Positions 13,603-32,182 are shown, counted from the stretch's first letter. The stretch: DNA of 64,000 nucleotides from the human T2T-CHM13v2.0 reference genome, Homo sapiens (GCF_009914755.1 NC_060926.1); one strand, 5' to 3'. The notes: generated from the sequence alone by a model not told the origin. Made by a program: numbers and translations.

Positions 13603-13910
13603 AGACTGGGCACAGTGGCTCACACCTGTAATCCCAGCAATTTGGGAGGCTCATGCAGGCAGATCACTTGAGGTCAGGAGTTCAACACCAGCCTGGCCAA
13701 CATGGTGAAACCCCATCTCTACTAAAACTACAAAAATGAGCCGGGTATTGTGACAGACACCTGTAATCCCAGCCACTCAGGAGGCTGAGACAGGAGAATC
13801 TTTTGAACCTGCGAGGTGGAGGTTGCAGGGAGCCGAGATCGTGCCAGTGCACTCTAGCCTGGGCAACAGAACAAGACTCTGTCTCAAAAAAAAAAAAAAA
13901 AAAGAAAAAA
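13603..13910 (+). mobile_element. Alu
   Basis: Alu consensus with TSD aattaatatg(c/g)tccag. Confidence 0.95.
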
Positions 13911-14559
13911 TAATAATTAATATGGTCCAGGAAGGTGAGATCCGGAAAAACGGCTGTGACTTAAGTAAGCTGTGAGGGCCAGGATTGACAAGAGCAGAAG
14001 CTGGGTGCTGTAAGCAAACTATCCAGGCTTTCCTTCAGAGTCCAGGATGAAGGGCTGGGGAAGAGCACATTTGAGAGTTAGAGTAGGACTGTTTATGGAG
14101 GCTTCAAATGCTACCCAAAACATTTAGACTTGTCAGAAAAGAACCTAGAGCCAAAGTAGCTCCTGACTGTGTCTCCCATCCCCCAACTTTTGAGGCATTG
14201 AAAACTGACTTCATTTGTTCATTCTTCCAAAAGTCATACATACTTATTGTACAAGCATTTAAAAATACAGTAAGAAAAATGAAAACATCAGCTCCAACAA
14301 AAAATAAAAAAAGAAATATAATACAACTCTAATAACTACTTGGTGCATTCTGAAGTAAAGAAGGCTCACAATGAAAAGGATTTGGGGAATTATTGTGGCA
14401 ATAATATGCAGCTTCGAGGAACAAAAGGTGAGTGGCAAGGAGACAAGTTACCAGCAAGATAGGCAGCAAGATAAGCCTGTGAGAATCCTGAGAGCCAGGC
14501 CCAGTAGCAGTGGGAACAGGGAGGAAAGGCTGGATCTGAGAGATCTTCAAGAGGACGGC

Positions 14560-14623
14560 AACACCAGGCATTCTCTTCTGATAACTGCATTGCACAGAGT
14601 CCTCCCAGCCTATTGGAGTCCTT
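14560..14623. repeat. Donor arm of a 64 bp inverted repeat (partner 15253-15316)
   Basis: Reverse complement matches 62/64. Confidence 0.95.
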
Positions 14624-15102
14624 ACCCCTGGGCATAGGAATCAGAATCTTTGCCTGGGTTTACCTCTCCCATTTGTTTTCTTTCAGAGCCTGAATTACCT
14701 AGTGTCTCAGAAACTGTTCTGATCCCAGTAAAATATCCCCAAAGTATGTCCAGAGAGTACTAAAGTTCTAGAAATTACTATCTGCATAAGAGATACTGGA
14801 AACTGTTTTTCAGCTTTTCAGAAACACTTTCATGGATTCAGACTCTTGGACTGACTTCCTGAAGTCTTTCAAACTGAGCAGGTGTAGAGGGTGCTCCTGG
14901 GTTAGCTATGTGCTGGATGAGCATCTCCTTCAGGGAAGAGAATGTAGCCCCCAAATGGTCAAAACAGGATCCACATTTCGTAATTCACCACAGCACTTCA
15001 ATGTTTGCTCTCTCCGTCTCCACTGGCAAATCACTTTTCTCAGTTGCTTCATGGTTCTCACACTCATTTTCCAGCTCTGTTTTGCAGTAGCAATTCTTTA
15101 TC

Positions 15103-15402
15103 ATACTCTTTGGCAGCTTAAGGGGAGATACCATGCTGGAAACCCTTGTCCCACTTCAGCCAACTGGGCTATTATAAACTAAAGCAGAACCAAGGAGCCT
15201 GAGGTAGCAACTTTCTTGCTCTTTCCCTCCCCTCCCGCAAAATAGCTATGGCAAGGACTCCAATAGGCTGGGAGGACTCTGTGCAATGCAGTTATCGGAA
15301 GAGAATGCTTGGTGTTTTTATCACTTCTGTGGATATTTTCAGTCCTAGGAAAGGGAAAAGGAGCAGAAAAAGGGGATGGCTGTCTATAACCACCAGCAAC
15401 TT
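15103..15402 (+). repeat. Local direct duplication, copy B, carrying an inverted templated insert
   Basis: Aligns to 11379-11617 with an extra ~65 bp at ~15250-15316. Confidence 0.95.
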
Positions 15403-15421
15403 CTCAGTCTCTAAAATTATC

Positions 15422-15745
<324 letters not shown>

Positions 15746-16070
15746 TGAATCACAACAAATAATGAAACTGTTTAAAGAGAAGATACTTTTCCAGGCAATG
15801 TATTTTTTGGTGTGGTGAAAAGTGAGGTGGATGGATCTTCAGAAATACATAACACCACTTATATTAAGAGTAGCTCTCATTGCTATAATAGTAAGAAGCT
15901 TGTGACCAACTTCAGGTTCTCAATATTGTTCTCAGGTCTTCATCAGGTCACATGACTTCCCAGTGGAGGAAGACTATATTTCCCAGCTCCCCTTGCAGCT
16001 AAGTGACAAGTTTTGGCCAATTAAATGATATAAGTGATGGGTGCTACTCTTAGTCTTAATTTTAAAATAA

Positions 16071-16792
<722 letters not shown>

Positions 16793-17094
16793 TGAAGAAG
16801 GCAGACTGTCCCACCAGAAAAACAAGCTCCTATCCTGCTTAAGCCACTCGGCTTAGGAGTCCTTCTGTAGCCCAACTAGTTTAATCATATTTTATATGTA
16901 GGGAAATTGTGAAGTCAAATAAACCTACTGTCATTCATTCCATCATTGTATAATTCATACAGTCTTTCATGAAGATATTATAGCAGAACTAATAATAGGT
17001 ATGCAGAGACTTGAGTGGGATTGAGGGAGGCCGCACGGTCTAAAAATTGAATTGTGATCTGGAAATCAGAAAAGCTGAGTTCTAATTATAATAG

Positions 17095-17310
17095 TAGTTA
17101 TCATTTATTGAATGTTTACTATTAGTAGGTAATTTGTAAATGTTTCACATTTATTATCTCACCAAATCCTCACAGCAACCTTTAGAGGGATATACTTTCT
17201 TTTCCCATTTTACAGATGAGGAAAATGAGATCAGAAAAGTTAAATAACTTACTCAAAGTCACAGGACAAATAATTGTCAGAACCCAAATTTGAAGCCAGA
17301 TCTGATTTCA
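17095..17310 (-). mobile_element. MIR SINE
   Basis: aatcctcacagcaac...cccattttacagatgaggaaa core. Confidence 0.88.
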
Positions 17311-17322
17311 TCACTTGTATTC

Positions 17323-17627
17323 TTTTTTTTTTTTTTTTTTTTGAGACGGGGTCTCATTCTGTCACCCAGGCTGGAGTGCAAGTGGTATGATCTCTGCTCA
17401 CTGCAACCTCTGCCCCCCGGGTTCATGCCATTCTCCTGCCTCAGCCTCCCAAGTAGCTTGGACTACAGTCACCCGCCACCCCCACACCCGGCTAATTTTT
17501 TGTATTTTTAGTAGAGATGGGGTTTCACTGTGTTAGCCAGGATGGTCTCGATCTCCTGACCTCATGATCTGCCCGCCTTGGCCTCCCAAAGTGCTGGAAT
17601 TACAGGCATGAGCCACCGCGCCTGGAC
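17323..17627 (-). mobile_element. Alu (AluY/Sc-like)
   Basis: Reverse Alu with ttagccaggatggtctcgatctc. Confidence 0.95.
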
Positions 17628-17637
17628 TTTAAAAAAA

Positions 17638-18250
<613 letters not shown>

Positions 18251-18284
18251 CCATCACCTGTATTCTTGACCATGATATTGACAC

Positions 18285-18390
18285 GTCCCTACTAGCTGTG
18301 TGACCTTTGGTAAGTATTCTCCCTTCCCTGGTTCTCATTTTCCTTCTTAGGAAGTGAAAGCATTTGATGGAAACATCCCTTGGGTCCACT
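18285..18390 (+). mobile_element. MIR fragment
   Basis: actagctgtgtgacctttggtaagt...ctcattttcct. Confidence 0.65.
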
Positions 18391-19229
18391 TTGACTCTGT
18401 CACTCTGTCGAATGGTTCTAAGTTTGTCTGTGCAATGATTTGCTGGGAGCTAGGCAAGTTGCTGAACCTATTTTTACAACATATTCATGTCAGAATCATG
18501 GTAATCTCTAAATACAACACAAAAGTGTGGCCAAGAACAATTGGCATCTGTGGCATTGATGTAGAGATCATTGCTACCATTTTCCCCAGGCCTTTGATTT
18601 CCTAACTTCTCTGTCTCACATTCCCTGCTTGTTCATGGCTGCCATTTCAAGACTTAAACAAATAATGGAAACTGAGGAAATTTGCTCCGGACCATCTAAC
18701 ATTTCCAGATCGCACTACACCCCCCAGGTGTATCCAGGCTTCTGCTTCTATCATGGTCACCATCATCATCACTCTGCTGATGGGAAAGCTCTAACAACCA
18801 TTCCTTTCTTAGGTTTCTTCCTCTTCCAGTGAACCATCTCTGCAAAGTGGACAGGTCTGGCACCCATCCTATCCTGAAGTAGGCTCCCAGCACCCTCTGC
18901 TGGGCTCTGCCTAAAGCAGAGGAACCAGCAGGGCCTTTCAGAGCAGGGAGGTTGCTGAAGGAATCAAACAGAGACAGGGACTTCAAAGCCATTCATGCTG
19001 AGTGAAGGCAGTACTCCAATTAGGCTCCTTCCCTCCATTTCCTAAAGGCAGCTTTCCAAATCTTGACATCCAAACCCTATAAATTATTTTCCTCACCCTT
19101 AAGGGGACATAATTGCTTGAATTCAGGCAACTATGGACCACTCATTCCCTGCCCCACCTCAGTCACCCTCTATGCACCAGTAGAAGCCACCAGAGACCAG
19201 AAGCCAAGGTATCCAATCAGATCTTCCAT

Positions 19230-19420
19230 GATCCATCACTAGTTCTGTCACTTAACAGCTTTTAAATGCTGGTCAAGGCAACCTTTTTTTTGGTTTCTTA
19301 GCTATAACATATGGATAAAAATCTATACATGCCTTGTCTGCCTCACAAGATGTTGTGACAATAAAAAGTGATAATTTGCTGAAAAGGACTTTGAAAACTG
19401 TAAAGTACTATGCAAAATTC
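19230..19420 (+). mobile_element. MIR fragment
   Basis: ctgtcacttaacagct...cctcacaagatgttgtga...tgtaaagtactatgcaaa. Confidence 0.6.
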
Positions 19421-19958
19421 AGCTATTCCTGCTTTGATATCAATGTCTATGAGTCAAACCACAATGTCAGTTTAGAAAAACAATAAAGCAAGTTCTTACA
19501 CATAAAATGTATTATCTGAAATTTTTATATCAACCAAATAAACAGAATTATCAGCTTTCCTAAGCTTGATGTGGTAACAAGCTCATATCCAACATCTCAG
19601 TAATCTACAACGTAGATTCCACATGTAGAACCTGGTATCATCTCAGAAGCTAACCCCAAGTCAAATCTAGTTAGAGTCATAGAGAGCTGCACCTCATCCC
19701 CACACCATTCTCTAGGACAGGAGTCCACACAAACGAAATCAAAGTGCTTGGGATGGGAAGACAAGCTGGAAATTCCTGTGTGTTTAGCCAGGCTGCAAAC
19801 CAGACACGTTGGGGAGTTTTTGTTACTCCCCCTGCTTTGAGGCCACCCTTTTCTCATAGTGACATTCCTGCCTTTGCAGTCTCATTCGGTAGCACCTCTG
19901 CCCATGCACTGGACTTTAGCGCCCTCTAGGTGGGGGTCTGTCCTCCTAGCCACTAGAG

Positions 19959-20593
<635 letters not shown>

Positions 20594-20865
20594 CACTAAA
20601 GTAAGTCACTGCCATGCATAACAGTCTTTGCCCAGTGCCATTTTGTTTCCTAGATCCTCAAAGCCAAGTTTCCAAGGTTTCCAAACTGCTAACAAGATAA
20701 CCTGAGGCTCCATGGTAATAAGAGGGAATTAGAAGAGTTAAGCCTCTCTACTCTTCCCTTTATTAACTGCCAAGCACCACACACACCCCACACACAATAT
20801 GTTTGAAATATACAAGTTCCTCCCTCTTCTCCTAGAAACTTTTGTATTTCAATAGGAACTTAAAC

Positions 20866-21181
<316 letters not shown>

Positions 21182-21237
21182 TGAGTAGGGACAGTGCAGT
21201 GGCCAAGACAAGGGATAACTGCAGGATCTGGCCATTT

Positions 21238-21368
21238 AAGGATGACAGAGTTAGTGAATGTAATCACCTCAAGTGTTTCTTGGCTCTGAATTTAATTCAA
21301 CAAGCATGTGTTGAGTACTTACCAAGTATCCTGCTAGACAGAGAAAACCCTGAAAATAGGGACCAGCT
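21238..21368. repeat. Left arm of 131 bp inverted repeat
   Basis: Reverse complement of 22226-22356, 3 mismatches. Confidence 0.97.
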
Positions 21369-22225
21369 CTTCCTCATCTCCGTATGGCCAATGTCTCAAC
21401 TGGTGAGTTTATACAATTTCAGCCAAAAGCAAAAGACAGTTGATGTTTTCTTTTTCTGTGCAGTTTTATTTCAGAGAAGTAAACATATGACATTTGAGAG
21501 ACTTTCTCAAATGCTGAAATCCACTGGTGTACCTTTATGGCTCCCTTGGAACTCTCCTGGATGTGTGGGTGAGAACTATAGAATGAAGAACACAAGTCAA
21601 CCTCCATTGTCTGGCAAAGGGAGAAACTGAAGTCACTACATCTTGGATATATCTATAAAGAGATGTTAACAATCAGGTACTTTTCATGGGGATAAGGGTA
21701 AGGAGTAGTCAGGCAATTCATATAATTTTAACAGAGTTTAGTCCACTTCACTTTTAAAGGCTCCAGGCAGAGCTCCAGGCTGCAGAAAAGGAAGACCACC
21801 AACAATCTCCAAGCAAGGGAACCTTCAGGGTTTTGTGGCCCAAATGGCCAAAGGGAATATTTGTACTCTTAGAAATGCATCTCAAGCTTTTAAGGCTTGC
21901 AAACTGCCAAACTCTGTGGATCATTTTGTAAACTACAAAATCACCAGCTTAAAAAAACAACATAATTTAGCCAGGTCAATCCATAAAGTATCCCACACAG
22001 TACTTATTACAGAGAAACCTTGAACAAAAAACTCCCTGGCCTGGGACATTTCCCAGGGAATCACAAACTTCTTTGGAAAACAGAAACGTCTGGTTGTCCC
22101 ATACATGGCCCGTGTGAAGAGTGCCCAGTCAGGGATGGATGGTGTTCCAAAGGTTCCTGTGTAAGTCCATTGTTGGAAACCCTGAATGCATTTTATAAAC
22201 AAATAAATTTTATAAATAAATAAAT

Positions 22226-22356
22226 AGCTGGTCCCTATTTTCAGGGTTTTCTCTGTCTAGCAGGATACTTGGTAAGTACTCAACACGAGCTTGTTGAATT
22301 AAATTCAGAGCCAAGAAACACTTGAGGTGATTACATTCACTAATTCTGTCATCCTT
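22226..22356. repeat. Right arm of 131 bp inverted repeat
   Basis: Reverse complement of 21238-21368, 3 mismatches. Confidence 0.97.
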
Positions 22357-23181
22357 CATAGAAACACTATTGTTGATTAGGCTCCCAGCCTATCCTGACA
22401 GTACTGATTAACCCAAAGTGCTGCTGAAATACAGTACTTTCATGATGAAATGTAGCAGGATGCTATGTCATTGCTAAGAATTAAGCACTAGAGGAAAACA
22501 AGTACATTAAAAAAGAGCTTGATACTCAGAATGAAAGCTGCATCAAGAGGGAGATCCTTTACATTGCCTGCCGCCTCATCCCCACAACAGGGAGCCTGTG
22601 ACCCACAGCCCCTGCCCTATCAACCCACCAAATGAATTGGGTCTGTTGCCCTCTAAGTTCTCGCTGTCTTCCATGGGCTCTCTCAGAAGACTGAAGAAAG
22701 AATTTCTCCCCTAGTTTTTGCCACTGGCCACATGCAGTTCTCTCCTCAATACTGCCCCCTCCTGGGGAAGGGAGCTCCGTCCCCAAACTGTTGTCCTGGT
22801 TAAAGCTGCCTTCTTCCTAAACGAGGAGCAGAAGGCAATCCTCCTTAGAAAGACACCCAAAATAAAGAGGAGAAAAAGAAAGACCTTAAGTTATTTTTTA
22901 GGTGAATCTTTTCTCTGAATACAGTAAGGAGAAACCAAGAGGGTTGGTGTTGGTCCCTCACTTAGGGAGGAAAGCAGATTGGGGAAAGAATTAAAGAGAA
23001 TTCCAACAATGAAACATTTATGAATACTAAATGTAATATTAATGAAATTGACACAATGATAAATTTTGTAGGGATTTAATAAATCTGTGTTAACTTTAGC
23101 GTTCTCTAGGTTTTATATATTGAAGGGAACAATTTTTCCAGATCTCGAACTTTTTAGCAGGCCCCAGAAAAGCTTTACTTA

Positions 23182-23657
<476 letters not shown>

Positions 23658-23879
23658 CAGAAAAGCTTTAAAAGCTTAAAGAACTGTGCCTGTGGCCAAG
23701 TATTCCTAGCTTTCTGAGATACAGCATAATTATCAGAGGCACTGGTGGGTTTGTTTCTGGATTAATGTTAGCCTTAGGATGGATCCTGTCAAGAAATAAC
23801 TTACTTTACAATTTTACAAATCTTGTTATCTGGAAGCACCGAATAAAATAGACTCGAAAACTGGCGTCTTATAGCAAAA

Positions 23880-24903
<1,024 letters not shown>

Positions 24904-26172
24904 TAGAAAGAGTGGATTTTTTAATTTTTCAAGGAGGGGGCTTGAAAAAGACAATACAGAAGGATACCAAGTAGACTTGAAAGGCCACTTTGTGCCTTTC
25001 CTTTATTTTTCAAGGAGTCTTTCAAGTCTACTTTGTGTCTTTCTGTATTCTCTGAGTTTTTTAAAAATAATTGGAAAGTATTTAGTTGAGTAATTTAAAA
25101 ATTACATGCAAATCAGACCAGAAGCCTGATCACGTTATACACGTGGTTGGGGTAGGTCCAGGTTTGATCTTAAGTCTTGTCTCCTTTTGGGACTTGGCGA
25201 GTCTGAGCACGCCTTATGGGGTAGAATTGCTAGGAATCTAGTTTCAAGACGGATAAAGAGTCGCCTGGGAGAGGTTTAGTCCCAAGGGAAGAGAGAAGCA
25301 GGCACACATGTGTGGCCTACTAACCAAGCCTCAGTGGGTGGAAGAAGAACAGGTGTGAACCCAGCACCATGTGATTTTTTAACTAATGGCTAGAAATTAG
25401 GAAACAGCTACGCAAGGACACAGAGAAGAAGGAAACTGGCAGATGTGAAGGACCACTGTTCCTCTTCCTTACTGTCTCAATGTGTGCTTTTTTTTTTTTT
25501 CTGCATTTGTATCAGGATAAATGCCATCAAGTCACACAAGTTTAAAAATCTTCAGGCCTCTGCCTCCCTTTCTGTTGTCCCTCACAGATAGGTCACTGAG
25601 CCTTCTCAATCTGCTCTCAAAATCCACCTCCCATCCATTATCTTCTCACCATTCCCGCTTCTTTCTGTCCAGAAGGACAGCAAAGCCTCTCTGCCTCAAA
25701 CTAACCACCATACAGCTGCCAGCAGAATCTTTCTGAAACACTGAAGATTATTTTACCTTATTAAAATCCAATGGCTCTTCCAAATTCCTTGGAAAGTCAC
25801 TACTGGGCCTGAGCTGAGCACATCCCGCTATCCAGGAACAATAAAATGACGTGCTTTTCCCCAATTTTAATTTTTATATCTGGGCCTTTGCATTCACTAT
25901 TTCTTCTGCTTGAAATGTCCTCTGTAGACTCCTCTATCTGGTAAATTCTTACTCATCCTTCAAGACCCAGCTGAAAACACTCCACCAGTGACTCTATCCT
26001 CTTGTGCTCCTCAAACGCCTTGTATACACATCATATTGTATGATCATGATAGTTTCCAAGCTTGCCTCTCAGTATAGATCATGAGCTCTTCCAGCATAAG
26101 TTTTTATTCAGTATTTACTATGTGACAGGCACTGTTCTTGGCATCAGGGTAATAGCAATTAACAAGATACAT

Positions 26173-26447
26173 AGGCCAGTGTGGTGGCTCATACCTGTAA
26201 TCCCAGCACTTAGGGAAGTCAAGGTGGGAGAATAGCTTGAGCACAGGAGTTCAAGACCAGCCAGTGCAACATGGCCCTGTTTCTACAAAATAATTTAAAA
26301 AATTAGCCAGGCATGGCAGTGCGTGCCTGTAGTTCCAACCACTTGAGCCAAGGAGTTTGGGATTACAGTGAGCTATGATCATGCCTCTGCACTCCAGCCT
26401 GGGTAACAGAGCAAGACCCTGTCTCTAAAAAATAAATAAATAAATAA
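26173..26447 (+). mobile_element. AluJ-like
   Basis: Diverged Alu consensus with (AAAT)n tail. Confidence 0.92.
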
Positions 26448-26863
26448 CATAATGTTGGTTACTGAAAAGGGCTGTAAACACACACACAAAAAATAGGCAA
26501 GGGAACAAAGTGAGGAGTTGGGAATCTCTGCTATTCTAGCTATGACATTTTAGGTCAGGGAAGGCCTCTCTGAGGAAGTGACATTTGAGTAGAGACCCGA
26601 ATCAAGTGAATTTCTGACGACAAAATTGAGGGTTGTGGGAGGAGGAGGAATCCAAGCAGAAGAAACAGCAAGTGCAAAGGACCTGATCTGGACATGAACT
26701 AGTTCTGATCCAAGTAACATGAGCAGGTCAGCATGCCTGGAGTAGCATGAGCAGGGAGGAGAGTGTGGACAATGAAGTAGGAGAGAGGGGCAGGGGCCTG
26801 AAGGCATGGTAAGGAGTTTGGATTTTATTGTGAGCCATGCTGGAGAGATATTGGATGATCTGA

Positions 26864-27172
<309 letters not shown>

Positions 27173-28814
27173 TGATTTAATTTTTAAGAAGGTCATCCTG
27201 GCTGCTGTGTGGAGAATAGACAGTATGGAGCTGGGGTGGAGGCAGAAAAACAGAGAACAGTCAGGAGGCTCCTGCCATTGTCCATGGAAGAGATGATGGC
27301 TTGGACTAGGAGGGTGGCAGGGAAGTGGTGAGCAGAGTCTGGATTAAACATTATTTGGGACAGCAGATTCTAGAGCAGTTACTGAGGGCTTGGAAAAGAG
27401 AGAAGCCAGAGTATAGTTTAGATTTTTGGTCCAAGCAACTGAGTGATAGGAAATGAATTACTTCTTTTCATACAACCTCCTCATATACAGCAGCCTGTCG
27501 AGAAATTTTTATTGAAATTTGACCTGTGACTATAAGGTTTCATAACTTTCATTTCAATGGTGCTACTAATTTTTCCAGTATTGTATTTTTTTATAAATGT
27601 GTTTATGTTGACATAAAATTTTAGGTCAGAAATCTGGTGCTAGGATCCTCCCCTCAGTAGTGGGGCTCAAGTTCCAAGTGTTAAGCTGCATCTGTGTGTG
27701 GGCACACCTGTACACACATGTGCAGGCACATGTTTTTATGTCCACAGAAAATGTGACCAGAAGAAAAGTCAGTGTCTTAGCTTTAGTTATACATGGTGTT
27801 TGGTTTCTTTCCAGTGTCCCTGTGTTTTGGAAAGTACTTAACAAACGGGTAGTAAGGACACAAGAAGGCATGGAAAAAAATCAGCAGAGCTTCTGAATGA
27901 CAGATGAGCCAGACACACATACATATACACACATGCACTCCTCCAGCATTATGCCAGCTGAAATGCCTTACATGTCTCCAGCTAACCTTATATCCAATTA
28001 TGTTTCATGACACCCATGTAACAATGTGCCAAATTAAAAAAAGAACAGGAACAACAATAATCTGAATAATTTTCTCAATTTTACCTTGAAGTCAACCTCC
28101 ATCTTCATCACAGCAGATTGATTTTATTACTGCCTCTTTCTGGCAGCTTCTGCTTAATGAATGAGTGTTATTTGAGATAACCATTACTTCTGTATCGAGA
28201 TCAAGGAGTAAAAGAAAAGACTGGGGCTTCTTAAACAACGCTGGATGTAAGCAGAGGCCTGAAACACACTCAGCGAAGATACTAGAACTGTAAACATGTG
28301 TATTTACAAGTGTTACTGCTGAAATGGTGTATACATGACATATATATTCCTGAAAATGATGAGATTTGTGAAATCTTGCACGCCAAACCACAAGTTTGTG
28401 GAGAATATATAGTTGAAGCAAGCCACTCAAAATCTGTGGAACTTAATCATTAGAGAAATAGCTAAATTGCTAACAGCTATCACAATTTAAGATGAATATA
28501 CCAGCACAATTTAAAAAGATGTGCTAAGTTACTAATAAATAAAAGTATTATAATTAATACAGTATTTAAACTTATAAACTAAAAATGAAATCTGACGCCC
28601 CGAAACTCACTAAATGGACCACCTATTGGCCAAGAGGACTCCACAGAAACCTTAAAAACTGAATTCCAAGCCATGATGAATGGGAGGTCAGACACACCTT
28701 ATTATAACCCTTCCCTTTTGTGGTTTAGACACAACCGACCAGCATTATTGTTAAACCAGAGGTTATAAGAGTGACAAAATGGGCTCTTTGTGGCAATAAG
28801 ATACCAAATTATTA

Positions 28815-29113
28815 TTTTTTGTTTTTATTTTTGAGACAGGGTCTCGCTCTGTCACCCAGGCTAGAGTGCAATGGTGTGATCTTCAGTCACTACAACCTCC
28901 ATCTCCTGGGCTCAAGTGATCCTCCTGTCTCAGCCTCCCAAGTAGCTGAGACTACAGGAATGCACCACCATGCCCAGCTGATTTTAAAATTTTTTGTAGA
29001 GACAGGGTTTTACCACGTTGCCCAGGCTGATCTCAAACTCCCGGGCTCCTGCAATCCCCCACCTCAGCCTCCCAAACCGCTGGGATTACAGGCATGAGCC
29101 ATCATTCCTGGCC
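28815..29113 (-). mobile_element. AluJ-like
   Basis: Reverse Alu with TSD-like accaaatt/gccaaatt. Confidence 0.93.
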
Positions 29114-29509
29114 AAATGCCAAATTCTAAACAGGACCTAAGGCCATGCCAGGCAAGGGTGAAGTCAACCACTCTGCACGTAAAGAATAAACTTGTGTTTT
29201 AACTGACACAAAGTTTTTTCTCTTTCTTTAGCAGCCAAACAAGCACTGGCCTCAAGATAAGTAATATGAAAACAATTTGCCCCTCATCCACCACCAGATG
29301 CTGACCCCACCCCTCTGCTCCTCAAGCCATAACTATAGCTTTGATTGGACAAGAGACAAATTTCAGTAACTTTCTCCTGATAGGAAGACCACCAACCATA
29401 GACTGGTTCTGGCTGGTTTACGGAGGCTGTACACTTGAACGCTTTTATGTCCTGAAAAGGCCTTTTGATTTATAGGACCTAATTGTAACACATTTAAATG
29501 CTAAGACTC

Positions 29510-29850
29510 AGCTGGGCACAGTGGTTCACACCTGTAATCCCAGCACTTTGGGAGGCCGAGGCAGGTGGATCACCTGAGGTCAGGAGTTCGAGACCAGCCT
29601 GGCCAACACAGTGAAACCCCATCTCTACTAAAAATACAAAAATTAGCTGGGTATGGTGGCTCACACCTGCAGTCCCAGCTGCTCAGGAGGCTGAGGCAGG
29701 AGAACTGCTTGAACCCAGAGGTGGAGGTTGCTTGAACCCAGGAGGTGGAGGTTGCAGTGAGCCAAGATTGCTCCAATGCACTTCAACCTGGGTGACAGAG
29801 CAAGACTCTGTCTCAAATAAATAAATTAATTAATTAATTAAATTAAATAA
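29510..29850 (+). mobile_element. Alu with small internal duplication
   Basis: gcttgaaccca..ggtggaggtt present twice; TSD taaatgctaag. Confidence 0.95.
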
Positions 29851-30156
29851 ATGCTAAGTCTCCACCTCAAGGTGAACATGGGTCATATGCAACATGCATG
29901 TTTGTTCAATATGCATGTGTCAGGACCACCCTCATCAATATTCATAGCTCCCTGGTAACCTATTGAATGTGTATGTTTGGCCAATCCGTTCGCTTAAATT
30001 ACTGTCATCCCTGTCTCCCTCAAAGTGCCTGCCTTTTGGCTTCAGCTGGAGGCTACACTTTCTCAACCTGTTGGAATGACCACTTTTCAGATTGTAACCT
30101 TTTGTAAGAAATAAAGTCTCTTTTCCAATTTTATAGATTGTGTGATTCTTAAGTAA

Positions 30157-30495
<339 letters not shown>

Positions 30496-30519
30496 TGATG
30501 AAAGGGGCTTTAGATGGAT

Positions 30520-31061
30520 AATGGATGGCTACAAATTCTTCGTTATTCTTGGCATTGAGAGGTAGAATCTAGTACCCTTTTCTTCTAATCTGAGCTGATC
30601 TTTGTAACTTACTTGAATAGAATGCAGCAAAAGTGATATTCTAGGACTTCTAGAGATTAGATCATAAGAAGGTTTGGAGCTTCCACCATGGACTCTGAGA
30701 ATGCTGGCTTGGGAGAAGCCAGCTGCTATGTAAAAGAAGTTCAATCACCCTGAGATCAACATATTGTGAGGAAGCCTGAGCTATCTACATGGAGGGTAGA
30801 AAGCAGGAGAGAATTAGAGGTATGGAGATGGGGGATGGGAGGGGAAGACAGGAGCGAGAAAAGAGAAGAGAAAAGAGAAACCTAGCCAGCCCCCAGATGT
30901 TCCAGTTCTCATCCACTGGAGTCATCCAAGCTGAGGCCCCAAATGCTGTGAAGCAGAGAGGAGATGCTCCCAACAAGCCAATACATGGGTAAATTAAACG
31001 TGTTCTTTTAAACCACTAAGTTTGAGGGTGGCTTGTTATGCAGCAATAGATAAATTAAGCA
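30520..31061 (+). mobile_element. MaLR LTR (MLT1G/H-like)
   Basis: aatagaatgcagcaaaagtga...aaccactaagtttgagggtggcttgttatgcagcaatagataa. Confidence 0.8.
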
Positions 31062-31284
31062 GGGCTAAAAGGAAGAATTGATGTTGCTGAACTATGGGGG
31101 AAAAAAAATACACATTGGGGAGAAGCAGTGAATAAGGTAAACTGAGCCAAGGAGAAGACTGTGGGGCAACTGTGGATTCTATTCACACTCATGGCTTTTG
31201 GTGTTCAGCTGTTTTAGGTGTTTTGCCTTTAGTTGTTGTTACTTGCTGACACAACATGTTAAAATGCTAGGAAAAATCACATTA

Positions 31285-31655
<371 letters not shown>

Positions 31656-31885
31656 TTATTAGAAACCAGCTGTAGAAGAACACACTGTACTTGCTTTAGA
31701 AGCCCATGTCATCTACAATGTAGAGAATAAAAATGCCTTGATGGATTCTTTGGATTTTGTACTTCAGGTTGAATTCCCATGAGGCACTGGGGAAATAACA
31801 GCAAGCAGAAAAAAAGCTTCTGGGTCCAGGAGAGAGTGAAGGCTTCTCACAATAGATAGAATGGCCATTATTTGTGTGTGTGCAT

Positions 31886-32182
<297 letters not shown>

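Noticed and set aside
21238-22356. Reading the 131 bp inverted repeat as TIRs of a DNA transposon
   Set aside because: No TSD, no recognisable TIR terminus and no transposase remnant; ~98% arm identity is too high for extinct primate DNA transposons unless converted.
28092-28430. 112 aa minus-strand ORF in unique sequence
   Set aside because: Non-ATG start and no recognisable homology or exon pair.
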